DNA of 64,000 bases, from NCBI GenBank assembly GCA_963555825.3, contig CAUVXB020000001.1, forward strand, positions 1,280,001-1,344,000. Reading direction: 5' to 3'. This DNA comes from Alphaproteobacteria bacterium (GTDB lineage: Bacteria; Pseudomonadota; Alphaproteobacteria; JAAXGF01). Below the pieces are notes generated by a model, which searched no databases, was not told the DNA's origin, and saw only the letters and a list, made by a program, of their open reading frames with translations. Both the position numbers and the translations under genes were made by a program. Positions 1 through 9,937 of the stretch are shown piece by piece. Numbering within the stretch: the stretch's first letter is position 1; each line of letters opens with the position of its first letter.

Positions 1-299
1 ATACGGACGATCACGGCGGATATCAGGGAATGCCGTTCGAGCATGAAACCGTAAAGCACAGCATCAGTGAGTTCGTGAACGGCATGGCTCACATCAACGG
101 AATTGAGTCGTTCTGGTCAATGCTCAAGCGCGGCTACCACGGGACCTACCACCACATGAGCGAGAAGCACCTTGGCCGTTACGTTGGGGAATTCGCCGGG
201 CGTCACAACAACCGCCCCGCTGACACCATCGACCAGATGCAGGCTACTGCGCAGGGGATGGTAGGGAAGCGGTTGCGCTATCAGGATTTGGTCGCATGA
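1..299 (+). CDS. IS1595-family (ISXO2-like) DDE transposase, 5'-partial
   Basis: YTDD...H..V.H..GEFV.G..H.NGIESFWS.LKR.Y.GTYH.MS.KHL.RY..EF..R.N.R motif. Confidence 0.9.
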   Translation, partial: TDDHGGYQGMPFEHETVKHSISEFVNGMAHINGIESFWSMLKRGYHGTYHHMSEKHLGRYVGEFAGRHNNRPADTIDQMQATAQGMVGKRLRYQDLVA

Positions 300-1569
300 C
301 TGCAAACTGGCAAAACCGCACGTTGTTTCACGGCGACAACCTTCCGTTCCTTCGCGCCATGAACAGCGAATCCATCGACCTGATCGCGACTGACCCACCA
401 TTCAACAAGGGTCGGGACTTCCATGCCACTCCTGATAGCCTCGCCGCCGGGGCACGCTTCCAGGACAGATGGTCTTGGGAGCGCGACGTGCATCAGGAGT
501 GGGTGGATCAAATCACCGATGATCATCCCAATGTCATGACGGTTATCCAAGGGGCGCGGATAAGCTACGGCGGCGATATGGGCGCGTTCCTGTGTTTCAT
601 GGCCGTTAGGGTATTGGCGATGCACCGCGTATTGAAGCCGTCTGGCAGCATTTATCTCCACTGCGACCAGACTGCATCGCACTACCTCAAACAGCTAATG
701 GATGCCGTGTTCGGGCGGCGGAGTTCGTAAACGAAATTGTGTGGTGCTACAAATCTGGCGGGGCCAGTTCGCGCTATTTTGCAAAAAAACACGACATGAT
801 TTTTCTGTATGGAAAAAGCAAGAAATACATGTTCAGTGCGCAGAAAGAAAAATCTTACATGAAACCTTCTTCCGGAAAGAATCCCGCTCAAACCTACTAT
901 CACGATAGAGATGGGAGCTACACACTTGTAAACACCAAAGATTGGTGGACTGATATCGGAATGCTTGCAACATCTGCCCATGAGCGAACAGCTTTCCCCA
1001 CACAAAAACCACTGCCATTATATGAGCGCATGGTTGGAGCAAGTAGCAACGAAGGCGATATTGTGCTCGATCCCTTTGCAGGCTGCGCGACCACGCTAGT
1101 TGCCGCCGAAAAGCTACAACGCCAATGGGTCGGTATGGATATTTGGGACGGCGCACATCGGCTTGTCGTTGACCGCATGGAGCGTGAAGTCGGGCTGTTC
1201 GGGAAGGTAGCGTTCACAAATAAGCCCCCTGCCCGCACGGACGACGGATTTACTTCCGCCCCCTTCCTCCGCGTCAAGCAGCGGGTGAGCGAGCCAGATG
1301 GGCCGAGCTGGACACGAGCCCAGATGTACGCGCACTTGCTGGAGCAACACGGCCCGCGTTGCCAAGGCTGCGACCGAGCCTTTGACGATCCTCGCTATCT
1401 CGAACTAGACCACAATACGCCGAGGTCAGACGGCGGGCTAAATCACATATCGAACCGCATCCTACTGTGCGGGCCGTGCAACCGGCTCAAGAGCAACACC
1501 TACACGCGGGTCGGGCTGCGGCGGGAGAACAAGCGCAAGGGCTACATGGCGACAGGGAGTGCAACATGA
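296..1569 (+). pseudogene. N6/N4 DNA methyltransferase (beta class) fused to a C-terminal HNH endonuclease; one frameshift near 720
   Basis: DPPF motif IV in ORF 296-730; PTQKP and DPFAGCATT (motif I) in ORF 739-1569; CxxC...LELDH..PRS.GG.N...N..LLC..CN..K HNH domain. Adding one base near 720 restores FGRREFVNEIVWCY. Confidence 0.85.
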
Positions 1570-1739
1570 CTGTAGAGCCGACCAAGAAGCGCACCCGAGG
1601 TCGCCCAGTCAAGAACACCATGCCGGAGCCGATCCCCGATACGCCGGAGAACATCGCGCGGGCGATCATGCGAGGCCCACCCAAGAAAGAATGGGATTAC
1701 ATGAAGGCGGCGGAGGCGCAAGATTCCACGGATAGGTGA
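1566..1739 (+). CDS. Small hypothetical protein (57 aa, RGRP AT-hook-like motif) at the IS1595 end
   Basis: ATGA overlap with the MTase-HNH stop; lies just inside the element end. Confidence 0.55.
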   Translation: MTVEPTKKRTRGRPVKNTMPEPIPDTPENIARAIMRGPPKKEWDYMKAAEAQDSTDR

Positions 1740-1796
1740 ATGCGGCTCCTGGGTAAACACGTATATAATTCCCATTCGTAACTGTATCCCGCCTCT

Positions 1797-1926
1797 CTAG
1801 CGCATAATCCGGTCGATTGAAATCGATCGGATTATGCCAGCCTGCGACCGCAGGCCGCCGACCCTTCGGCGGAAGCATGCGCGGCGATTGAGCGCAGGTC
1901 ATATTTGCGCGGCAATAATGACCGCA
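1797..1926 (+). repeat. Structured ~125-130 bp repeat, copy A (starts CTAG; four hairpins)
   Basis: Homologous to 4440-4563 with compensatory stem changes. Confidence 0.8.
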
Positions 1927-2003
1927 CAAACAACCCGGCGAGCGCTTGTCAAACGTGGCGCCGCGCCGTAGAGCTTGGAAAAGCAAGCGGGAGGAGACGC
2001 GAT

Positions 2004-3178
2004 ATGAGAACGACGATCGGCGCCGACGAGTTTGCCCAGCGCCGCGTCAGGGCGACCGACGTCGCGCGCGAGCGCGGCCTCAAGGGCCTGATGGTCTGCG
2101 CGCGTGGCGGCGGCTCGGTCGACCGCTACGGCGACGTCATGTACCTCAGCAACTTCTACACCGCCTTCCCGTTCATCCCCGACCGCCAGCCCGACTGGTC
2201 GGCGCGCGCGCATGCCTTCGTGCTGCTGCCGTTCGACGGTCCCGCGGTGCTGGTCTGCGACGTCAAACCGGGCGCCGACGACCACCTACCGATCGAGGAG
2301 GTCGTCGTCGCCAACGACATGGTCGCGGCGCTGGCGCAAGAGTTGGCCGCGCGCGGCATGGCCGAAGGCGAGATCGGCGTCGCCGGCGCCGACGCCGTGC
2401 CCTGGGGCGCCATGCGCAAGCTCGAGGCCGAAGCGCCGAAGGCGGTTTGGCGCGAGGCCGACGACATCATGGAGCGGATCCGCCTGATCAAGTCGCCGGG
2501 CGAGGTGGCGCTGCTGCGCGCGTCGTCGGCGATGGGCTCGCGCGCGATCGACGCCATGCTCGACGCCGCTGTACCGGGCGCGACGCAGGGCGCGGTCATG
2601 CTGGCCGGGCTCGAGGTCATGGTCCCCGAAGGCGGCATCCTTTACAACTCGTTCATGAGCGCCGGGCGCGGCGGCGGCAACGCGCAAGTCTGCGCCAGCG
2701 ACTTCCCGACCTGGGCGCATCCCGAGCCGCTGGCCGATGGCCAGTGGTTCCACGTCGGCCTCTCGGGCGTGCTCGACGGCTATTACTTCGACCACGCGCG
2801 CTCGGGCCCGATTGGCGACGCGCAGCCTGAGCAAATCCGCGTCTTCGAGGCGCCGATCGCCGCCGTCCAGGCCGGCATCGCCGCGATCAAATCGGGCGCC
2901 ACGGCGGCCGATGTCGCGATCGCCGCGCGGATCGGGTTGGAGGGCGCCGGCTTCCCGCTCGAGGGCAGCTTCCTCGGCTTCGGCCACGGCATCGGCCTTG
3001 GCTGGGACGCGCCCTGGCTGATCCCGGACGACGACACGCCGCTCGAGCCCGGCATGGTGCTGTGCGTCGAGCGCAGCGTGCGCCACGCCGGCTTCTACGG
3101 CGACTTCGAGGAAACCCCGTCCTGGTCACCGATGAGGGCTGCGAGCTTCTCACCGACGCGGTGGTTCGCCGCTGGTAG
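2004..3178 (+). CDS. M24 family Xaa-Pro peptidase/creatinase-like protein; apparent +2 frameshift near 3115
   Basis: IKSPGE, GHGIGL and LEPGMVLCVE motifs. Removing 2 C from GAAACCCCGTC restores EETVLVTDEGCELLT...RW* (stop 3176-3178). RBS GAGGAG precedes ATG 2004. Confidence 0.85.
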
Positions 3179-3297
3179 GCGCCGGCGCGACCTGCCTTGC
3201 GTTCCGAACGGCGATCCGTCAGGATTGGCGCCAAGGCGCCGCCCGCCACGTCGCGTCGGCAGTCGGCGAAAACCAAGGTTCCAACGGGAGGAAAGAT

Positions 3298-4443
3298 ATG
3301 GAAACCAAACGCGACGTTGAACGCTTTATCGACGACTTCAAGATGCGCCGGCTCGACCGCCGCGACTTCTCCAAGGGGCTGGCCTCGGTCGGCCTGGTGA
3401 CGATCGGCTCGTCGGTCGTGCCGCAGCGCGCCTATGCCGCGGCCGACGAACAGCCGGTCTGCTTCACCTGGGGCGGCTACGAAGTGCCCGAGATGCACGG
3501 CGAATACATCACCAAACACGGCGAATCGCCGCGCTTCGCCTTGTGGGGCGACGAGGAGGAGGCCGAGGCCAAGATGGTCGCCGGCTTCCAGCCCGACGTC
3601 GCCATGCCGTGCTCGTACAAGGTTCAGAAGTGGAACGACTATGGCTTCCTCGACGAGATCGACACCTCGCGGCTGAGCCACTGGCCCGACATCATCGAGC
3701 CCTTGAAGGGCGTTCCCGACATGGCGATCGACGGCAAGCGCCTGATGGTCTGCGCCTGGTGGGGGCTGACCTCGGTCACCTTCCGCACCGATCTGGCGCC
3801 CGAGTACGTCGACCCGTCGACCCACACCTGGGGCATCCTGTGGGATCCCAAGTACGAGGGCCGGCTGTCGATGATCGACAGCCTGATCGACGGCGTCATG
3901 GTGGCGGCGATCTATTCCGGCGCCAAGGACCCGTTCAACATGACCCCCGACGAGGTCGCCAGAACCAAGGAGCTGATGGCCGAGCAGCGGCCGTTGCTGC
4001 GCTTCTACACCAACAGCGTCACCGAGTGGGAGCAGGCGCTCGCCTCGGGCGAGCTGGTCGCCGCGGCGTCGTGGAACAACACCATCACGACGCTCTCGAA
4101 GGACGGCCTGCCGGTCGCCTTCATGTTCCCCAAGGAGGGTCCAATGACCTGGACCTGCGGCATCGTCTTGATGAAGAACCGCGATGCCAACATGACCGAC
4201 CGCGCCTACGACCTGATCAACGCGTTCATGAGCCCCGACACGGGCGAGTACTGGGTCATGGAGAACGGCATGGGCCATGCCAACAAGAAGACCTACGAGC
4301 GCATCTCGGACGACGACCTGATCATGCGCGGCCTGACGCCGGGCAACATCGAGGAATACATCGCCTCGGGCATCTTCCAGGCGACGATCCAGAACGAACC
4401 CGAACTGCAGGCCATGTACGAAGAGGTCAAGGCCGGCTTCTAG
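3298..4443 (+). CDS. PotD/PotF-family ABC substrate-binding protein with Tat-like signal
   Basis: RRDF twin-arginine-like motif; TWGGY, WG.T, W..LWDPKY.G and PKEG...W motifs. Confidence 0.85.
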   Translation: METKRDVERFIDDFKMRRLDRRDFSKGLASVGLVTIGSSVVPQRAYAAADEQPVCFTWGGYEVPEMHGEYITKHGESPRFALWGDEEEAEAKMVAGFQPDVAMPCSYKVQKWNDYGFLDEIDTSRLSHWPDIIEPLKGVPDMAIDGKRLMVCAWWGLTSVTFRTDLAPEYVDPSTHTWGILWDPKYEGRLSMIDSLIDGVMVAAIYSGAKDPFNMTPDEVARTKELMAEQRPLLRFYTNSVTEWEQALASGELVAAASWNNTITTLSKDGLPVAFMFPKEGPMTWTCGIVLMKNRDANMTDRAYDLINAFMSPDTGEYWVMENGMGHANKKTYERISDDDLIMRGLTPGNIEEYIASGIFQATIQNEPELQAMYEEVKAGF

Positions 4444-4563
4444 GGCATATTCCGATCGATCGGAATCGGTCGGAATATGCCAGCCCGCGACCGCGGGCCG
4501 CCGACCGTTCGGCGAAAGCGTGCGCGGCGATTGAGCGCAGGTCACCTTGTAAAGGTGACCGCA
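4440..4563 (+). repeat. Structured repeat, copy B (its CTAG supplies the upstream stop codon)
   Basis: Homologous to 1797-1926. Confidence 0.8.
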
Positions 4564-4612
4564 TAAAGAGATAGGTTTTCGACGGCTCACCGAGCCGACA
4601 CTTTCCACCTCG

Positions 4613-4648
4613 ACGCCCCCGCGGCCCGCGCCGCGGGGGTGTTTCTTT
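4613..4648 (+). terminator. Probable intrinsic terminator
   Basis: CCCCCGCGGC...GCCGCGGGGG stem followed by TGTTTCTTT. Confidence 0.55.
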
Positions 4649-5564
4649 GGGTGGGGGGCCGCGCGGCTAATCTCGGTTCCCGGTCAACCGCGCTGGATGA
4701 TCGCTCGACCAAGGGTTGCCAAACGTTGCATTGGCGAGGCCAAATACCGCACAGGAGCGAGGTTACCGAAACGAACCGACGATAACGGAGACAATTCCAA
4801 TTCATGCTTGAACTGTCGCGAGCACGCGACCGTCTTTACATCGCACTGGCTCTGCTCGTCGTGGCCAGCGCCGTGATCTCATATTTCAGCGCTCCCGCTG
4901 ACGTATTTTCCGTCACCGCTTGGTTTCTCACGACGCTGCTCGTCGTTCTAGGACCAATCACCAGTTGGATACTTCTGATTTTTCACGCGGGTGACGAGGT
5001 GTTCGTGACGGGGTTCGTATTCTCCGTCATATCGACGATCGTGCCAATTTGCCTTCTCTGGTGGAATTTCAAGCGGCCGGGAGTCTTGGCTTTGGCGCTC
5101 GCAACAGTCGTTTGGTTGATTGCTTGCCTATCCGGTTATCACCCACACCCACTATATGTAGTGTGCACCCATTTTCCTGAGTAAAGCTCGGTGCAGGTCG
5201 AAGCGGAGATATCTCCGGCGATGCCGAGCAGGGACTCGGACGGCATTGTAGCGGCTTTTAGGCGACACTTTAGCGTGGTGGAAATCCTAATCATTGAGTC
5301 GGATTTGGCAAAACGCCACGTTGCATAAAGGACCGTCACTTCATTGAAATTTATCTGAAATCGGAGGTGAACGACACCGATGGAATATTCCAGGAAATCA
5401 GAGCTTCATTGAATTGTAGGATTCGAGTGCCGGATTATTCACAAATAGCTCTGTGAACTGGTTTTCAAGTTCGCTCAATACGTCATATGGAGTAAACGGA
5501 TTGAGGATCACGTTCTTGCGTGTCGCTTCGTCTTCGCTGCGACTCAAAACGCGCAGGAGACTAA

Positions 5565-6738
5565 TACCGCATCCGGCTGATCAGTTCGGATAGATGGTTT
5601 TGGGCCACCAGTGGAAGTCGATACGCCCCTTGAAGAGTTCGGGATTGGCATCGAGAGTGAGGCAGCGCCGGGCGACGACGGCGTCGAGTTCCTCGATGGT
5701 CTCGAAGTGTCTGTTTGCGACCGGCTCGTCGAGTACGGGCCAGAGACATTCGGCCGGTTGCAGCTGGGGCGTATAGGGCGGCAAGTAGACGAGGTGGAGG
5801 CCTTCCGGCACCGTGAGGTTCGGCGCCGTGTGCCACCCGGCGCCGTCGATCACCAGGATGATGATGCGGCTCTGCCCAGCGCCGGCCTCGCGGGCGAAGA
5901 GGGCGAGCAGCTTCTCGAAGAATGGCTTGGAGACACAATTGGAGATGTACCAAAAGGTCTCTCCGCTGGTCGGCGAGACGAGGGCGGTGACGTAGAGCCA
6001 TTTGAAGCGGTGGTGGCCGAGCGCCACCGGGCGCATCCCGCGCGGCGCCCAGCAGCGCCGGGCCAATGGCTTCAGACCGAGCCGGTGTTCGTCGCTGGCG
6101 AAGACTTCGATCGGCGTGCCGGGGTGGCGCTCGGCTTCTTCCGCGACCAGGCGGTGAAGTTTTTTTTAAACGCCTGGCGTTCTTCCTCGCTCGCCGCCCC
6201 GGGGTTGTTCGGCCTGGGCACCTGCAAACTCCACTCGACTGCCTTCAGCGCCTCCCAGCCCCGTTGCGGCGCCACCGTCTCCAAGCCCAGTTCGCCCGCC
6301 ATCCAAGCCGCCACCTTCGGCCCAGACCACAAGCCGCCGTCCGCCGGCGGCTTTTTCAGGCGCTCTTTCAACACCGCCAGGACTTCCGGCTTCAGGATCG
6401 TCGCCTCGGAGCCGTTCGAGCGTCGACGATCGCCCAGCGACGACGGGCCGAGCTTGTTGTAGCGAGAAAGCAATTGTTCGAGCCAGCGTTGGCCGAAACT
6501 CGTCATCTCCGACACTTCGCGAACCGTATGGCCTTTGGCCAAAAGCCAGATCACCTGGAAGTGCCGCGCCTCCGTCGCCTCCGACGCCGAGCGATACCGT
6601 CCCTCCAACTCAGAAAGCTGCAAATGTTCCTCGACATGCGCCATGTCCCGCCCCTCCGCGAATCATGACTACGGATCCTAACCCTTTCCGATTCCAACGG
6701 GAATCCGTCGCAACCGAATCATTCAGGCGGAGTCGGTA
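5565..6738 (-). mobile_element. IS630-family IS, copy 1
   Basis: Imperfect TIR TACCG...CGGTA; appears identical to 55432-56605. Confidence 0.92.
5581..6644 (-). CDS. IS630 transposase (orfA 6072-6644 plus orfB, joined by a programmed -1 frameshift)
   Basis: HTH N-terminus; TTTAAAAAAAAC slippery site near 6160-6170; D.A.WH and LPPY.P.L.P.E..W DDE motifs. Confidence 0.9.
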
Positions 6739-7138
6739 TCACAGGCGCGGACGGGTTCTTCGCAACGATTCGTGCCAGCGCGTCGCTTTCTTCGACTAGT
6801 GCCGTCAATCGCTCAGACGATGTCGTTTCATCAGCAGCTTCCCGTCTGGCCGTGGGTTTCTTCGTTTTTCCCTTGGTCGCCACCGTTCCGTCCCCCGATG
6901 TTAAGTACGTGACGTGAATTAAACTCCGGTTCGGTTTTCAGAACAATCAAGAATTAGCCGGATCGCCTCCTCAATGCGCCTGCGCCGGCCCTTGCCTGCA
7001 GTCCAAGGAGACACACTACATATAGTGGGTGTGGGTGATAACCGGATAGGCAAGGTTGATTGAAGGGTTCTACTTTGCCATCGCCGTGTGGATTTAGGAT
7101 TTGACGATCAATTCTTGGCGCTAGGGACTTGCAGCAAA

Positions 7139-7651
7139 ATGAAAACTCCTGACCCGGAAGCGAGTCAACTGATTGAGACGATCCGCCGCGCATTCGCCGA
7201 CTGTCCTCAGCCGACCGACCAAAACATCGTGCCAGGCGATCCCTACGATGACTGGGAAGCCGTGAACGTTTACAAGGCGTACAGGGGCGCGACCTGGCAA
7301 GATATTGTATCGAATCTCGAACATTTTCGATTCGAACCAATCGGATTTCTAACCACTGACGCGCGCAGATACTTCCTCCAAGGCTATATGATTGCTTGTA
7401 TCTGCGACGCTGAAGAAGCGGACGTGTTGTGTGATGGAATCTTGTACGAATTAACGCCTCCCCAACCAGGGGATCGAAGCTTCGAGTTCTGGAAAAGTGA
7501 CTTTGATAACCTGACGAATCCAATGACGCGCGCACAACGCGAGGCCGTGCTCGAGTATTTGCGTTACGACTATGCGGGGTCGGACAAGTACGGTCGCGAA
7601 AAAATTGCGCCGCTCGTGGAGTTCTGGGAGGTTTTCGCGAAACAGGCGTGA
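7139..7651 (+). CDS. Hypothetical protein (possibly DUF6714-like)
   Basis: Intact 170-aa ORF; I..AF...P.P, W.D. and RYFL..Y pattern. Confidence 0.55.
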   Translation: MKTPDPEASQLIETIRRAFADCPQPTDQNIVPGDPYDDWEAVNVYKAYRGATWQDIVSNLEHFRFEPIGFLTTDARRYFLQGYMIACICDAEEADVLCDGILYELTPPQPGDRSFEFWKSDFDNLTNPMTRAQREAVLEYLRYDYAGSDKYGREKIAPLVEFWEVFAKQA

Positions 7652-7687
7652 GGTGTCGACGTCTCTTCGGCTCGCACCTCAAACAGT

Positions 7688-8593
7688 TTACGAACCCGTC
7701 AACCGTGCCGTCGCGCCCAGCACGCGGGCGACGGTGGCGCCCATTTCGGACGGGCTCGGCGCGATGGTGACGCCGGCGTCCTCGAGGATGCGGACCTTTT
7801 CGTCGGCGCTCTCGCCGAACGCCGAGATGATCGCGCCGGCGTGGCCCATGGTGCGGCCCTTCGGCGCCGAGAGGCCGGCGACATAGGCGACGACCGGCTT
7901 GGTCATGTGGTCGCGGATGAACTCGGCCGCCTCGGCCTCCTGCGGGCCGCCGATCTCGCCGATCATCATGACCACCTCGGTCTCGCCATCGGCCTCGAAC
8001 AATTCGAGCACGTCCTTGAACGACGAGCCGTTGATCGGGTCGCCGCCGATGCCGACGCTGGTCGTCACGCCGATGCCGAGCGCCTTCATCTGCGAGGCCG
8101 CCTCGTAGCCGAGCGTGCCCGAGCGGCCGACGATGCCGACCGGCCCGCGCGCGTAGATGTGGCCCGGCATGATGCCGGCGAGCGCCTGGCCGGGGCTGAT
8201 GACGCCGGCGCAGTTGGGGCCGAGGAGCCGCATGCGCCGGTTCGCCCGGTAGCGCCGCATATAGCGCTTCACCTGGATCATGTCCTGCGCCGGGATGCCG
8301 TCGGTGATCGCGATGCACAGCTGGATGCCGGCGTCGGCCGCCTCCATGATCGCGTCGGCAGCGAAGGGCGGCGGCACGAAGACGATGCTCGCCGTCGCGC
8401 CGGTCTCGGCGACCGCCGCCTTGACCGTGTCGAAGACCGGCACGCCGGCCGCCGTGGCGCCGCCCTTGCCGGGCGTTACGCCACCGACGACGCGGGTACC
8501 GTAATCGCGCATTTCCTGGGCGTGGAAGGCGCCGATGCGCCCTGTGATGCCCTGGACGACGACGCGGGTATCGGCATTGAGAAGGATGCTCAT
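7688..8593 (-). CDS. mtkB: Malate--CoA ligase alpha subunit (SucD paralogue)
   Basis: MSILL...[15 protein letters not shown] and MGHAGA phospho-His motif; ATGA overlap with mtkA; next to sgaA. Confidence 0.85.
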   Translation of the reverse strand: MSILLNADTRVVVQGITGRIGAFHAQEMRDYGTRVVGGVTPGKGGATAAGVPVFDTVKAAVAETGATASIVFVPPPFAADAIMEAADAGIQLCIAITDGIPAQDMIQVKRYMRRYRANRRMRLLGPNCAGVISPGQALAGIMPGHIYARGPVGIVGRSGTLGYEAASQMKALGIGVTTSVGIGGDPINGSSFKDVLELFEADGETEVVMMIGEIGGPQEAEAAEFIRDHMTKPVVAYVAGLSAPKGRTMGHAGAIISAFGESADEKVRILEDAGVTIAPSPSEMGATVARVLGATARLTGS

Positions 8594-9789
8594 GACGCGG
8601 GCCCTCCGGAAATCTGGGTTGTTTGGGCCGCCCGCCACACCGCGACCGAACATTCGGCGGCCTCGGCGAGCGTCTCGGCGGCGACGATGTCGAGCCCCGA
8701 GTGGGCCAGAATCTGGCGGCCTTCCTCGACGTTGGTGCCGGCCAGGCGGACGATCAGCGGCACGCCGACCGGTGATTTCTCGAGCGCCTGGACGATGCCC
8801 TCGGCGACCCAGTCGCAGCGGTTGATGCCGGCGAAGATGTTGACCAGAATCGCCTCGACGCCCTGGTCCGCGGCGACCAGCCGAACCGCCTTGGCGACGC
8901 GTTCGGGCGTCGCGCCGCCGCCGATGTCGAGGAAATTGGCGGGCTCGCCGCCGGCCTTCTCGATCATATCCATGGTCGCCATGGCGAGGCCGGCGCCGTT
9001 GACGACGCAGCCAATCCGGCCGTCGAGCCCGACGTAGGAAAGGCCGCGGTCCGATGCCTGGGTCTCGCGCGGGTCCTCCTGCGACTTGTCGCGCAACTCG
9101 GAGATCTCGGGCCGGCGGTAGAGCGCGTTGTCGTCGAAGGTCATCTTGGCGTCGAGCGCGACCAGCGCGCCATCGGCGGTCAGCGTCAGCGGGTTGATCT
9201 CGACCATCGTCGCGTCGAGCTCGCGGAACGCCCGGTAGCAGCCCAGGAAGGTCTCGACCGCTTGGGGAATGACCGCCGGATCGAAGCCGAGCGCGAAGGC
9301 GATCTCGCGCGCCTGGAAGGCGGGCATGCCGACGGCGGGCTCGACCGAGGTGCGGATGATCGTCTCGGGCGCTTGCGCGGCGATCCCCTCGATCTCCATG
9401 CCACCGGCCGACGAGGCGACGACCATGACGCGCTCGGTCTTGCGGTCGAGCACGAAGGCGACGTAGACCTCGCGCACGAACGGCACGGCGGCCTCGACCG
9501 AGAGCCGGTAGACGACGCGCCCGCGCGCGCCGGTCTGCTCGTTGACCAGCCGCTTGCCGAGCAGTTCGTCGGCCGCGTCCCACACCGCGTGCTCGGAATC
9601 GCACATGATGATACCGCCCGCCTTGCCGCGGCCGCCGGCATGCACCTGGGCCTTGACCGCCCAACGATGGCCGCCGATCTCGCGCGCCCGGTAGGCCGCC
9701 TGCTCGGGGCTGTAGGCGAGACCGCGGCGCGGCACGGCGACACCGAAGCCGGCCAGCAAGTCCTTGGCTTGGTACTCGTGGATATCCAT
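8590..9789 (-). CDS. mtkA: Malate--CoA ligase beta subunit (malate thiokinase large subunit)
   Basis: MDIHEYQAK...[16 protein letters not shown] and [11 protein letters not shown] motifs typical of MtkA. Confidence 0.88.
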   Translation of the reverse strand: MDIHEYQAKDLLAGFGVAVPRRGLAYSPEQAAYRAREIGGHRWAVKAQVHAGGRGKAGGIIMCDSEHAVWDAADELLGKRLVNEQTGARGRVVYRLSVEAAVPFVREVYVAFVLDRKTERVMVVASSAGGMEIEGIAAQAPETIIRTSVEPAVGMPAFQAREIAFALGFDPAVIPQAVETFLGCYRAFRELDATMVEINPLTLTADGALVALDAKMTFDDNALYRRPEISELRDKSQEDPRETQASDRGLSYVGLDGRIGCVVNGAGLAMATMDMIEKAGGEPANFLDIGGGATPERVAKAVRLVAADQGVEAILVNIFAGINRCDWVAEGIVQALEKSPVGVPLIVRLAGTNVEEGRQILAHSGLDIVAAETLAEAAECSVAVWRAAQTTQISGGPAS

Positions 9790-9937
9790 GGCACGTCTCC
9801 TGGTCCCGCGGTGGCTTGGCCGCGGTGAGAGTTTTGGTTGCGTTCAATCGCCACGCAGACTTTCGCCGAACGGTCGGCGGGCCCGCAGTCGCGGGCCAGC
9901 GTAGTCCAAGCGAGGCGACTCGCCCGGACTACGCGGG

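Larger units (their letters stand above)
1..1773 (+). mobile_element. IS1595-family element with passenger genes (left part outside window)
   Basis: Transposase C-terminus followed by two ATGA-coupled passenger ORFs. Ends in GTATATAATTCCC (1761-1773), which resembles an IS1595-type end. Left end and TSD are not visible. Confidence 0.7.
5397..6884 (-). pseudogene. Cargo gene with leucine-rich-variant/HEAT-like repeats, split by IS630
   Basis: Rejoined translation ...ARIVAKNPSAPVSLLRVLSRSEDEATRKNVILNPFTPYDVLSEL...FVNNPAL; coordinates approximate. Confidence 0.5.
5123..7054. mobile_element. Non-autonomous IS1595-derived cassette with two right ends, cargo and a nested IS630
   Basis: Perfect 43-bp inverted repeat (5123-5165, 7012-7054); 8-bp TSD GTTGATTG (5115-5122, 7055-7062); IS1595-like transposase C-terminal remnant SLLGIAGD...ELYSGKW.H..YSGCG at about 5139-5235 (-). 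Confidence 0.85.
4804..7097 (+). pseudogene. Small membrane protein interrupted by the 5123-7054 element
   Basis: Removing the element and one TSD copy gives ...ATVVWLIEGFYFAIAVWI* (stop 7095-7097). Confidence 0.75.

Noticed and set aside
1905-3320. 471-aa peptidase with a novel C-terminal extension
   Set aside because: The extension results from a +2 frameshift near 3115; the normal M24 C-terminus is in another frame.
7688-9847. 719-aa ORF as one protein
   Set aside because: Only the last 301 aa are SucD/MtkB-like; the rest is an alternative frame over mtkA.
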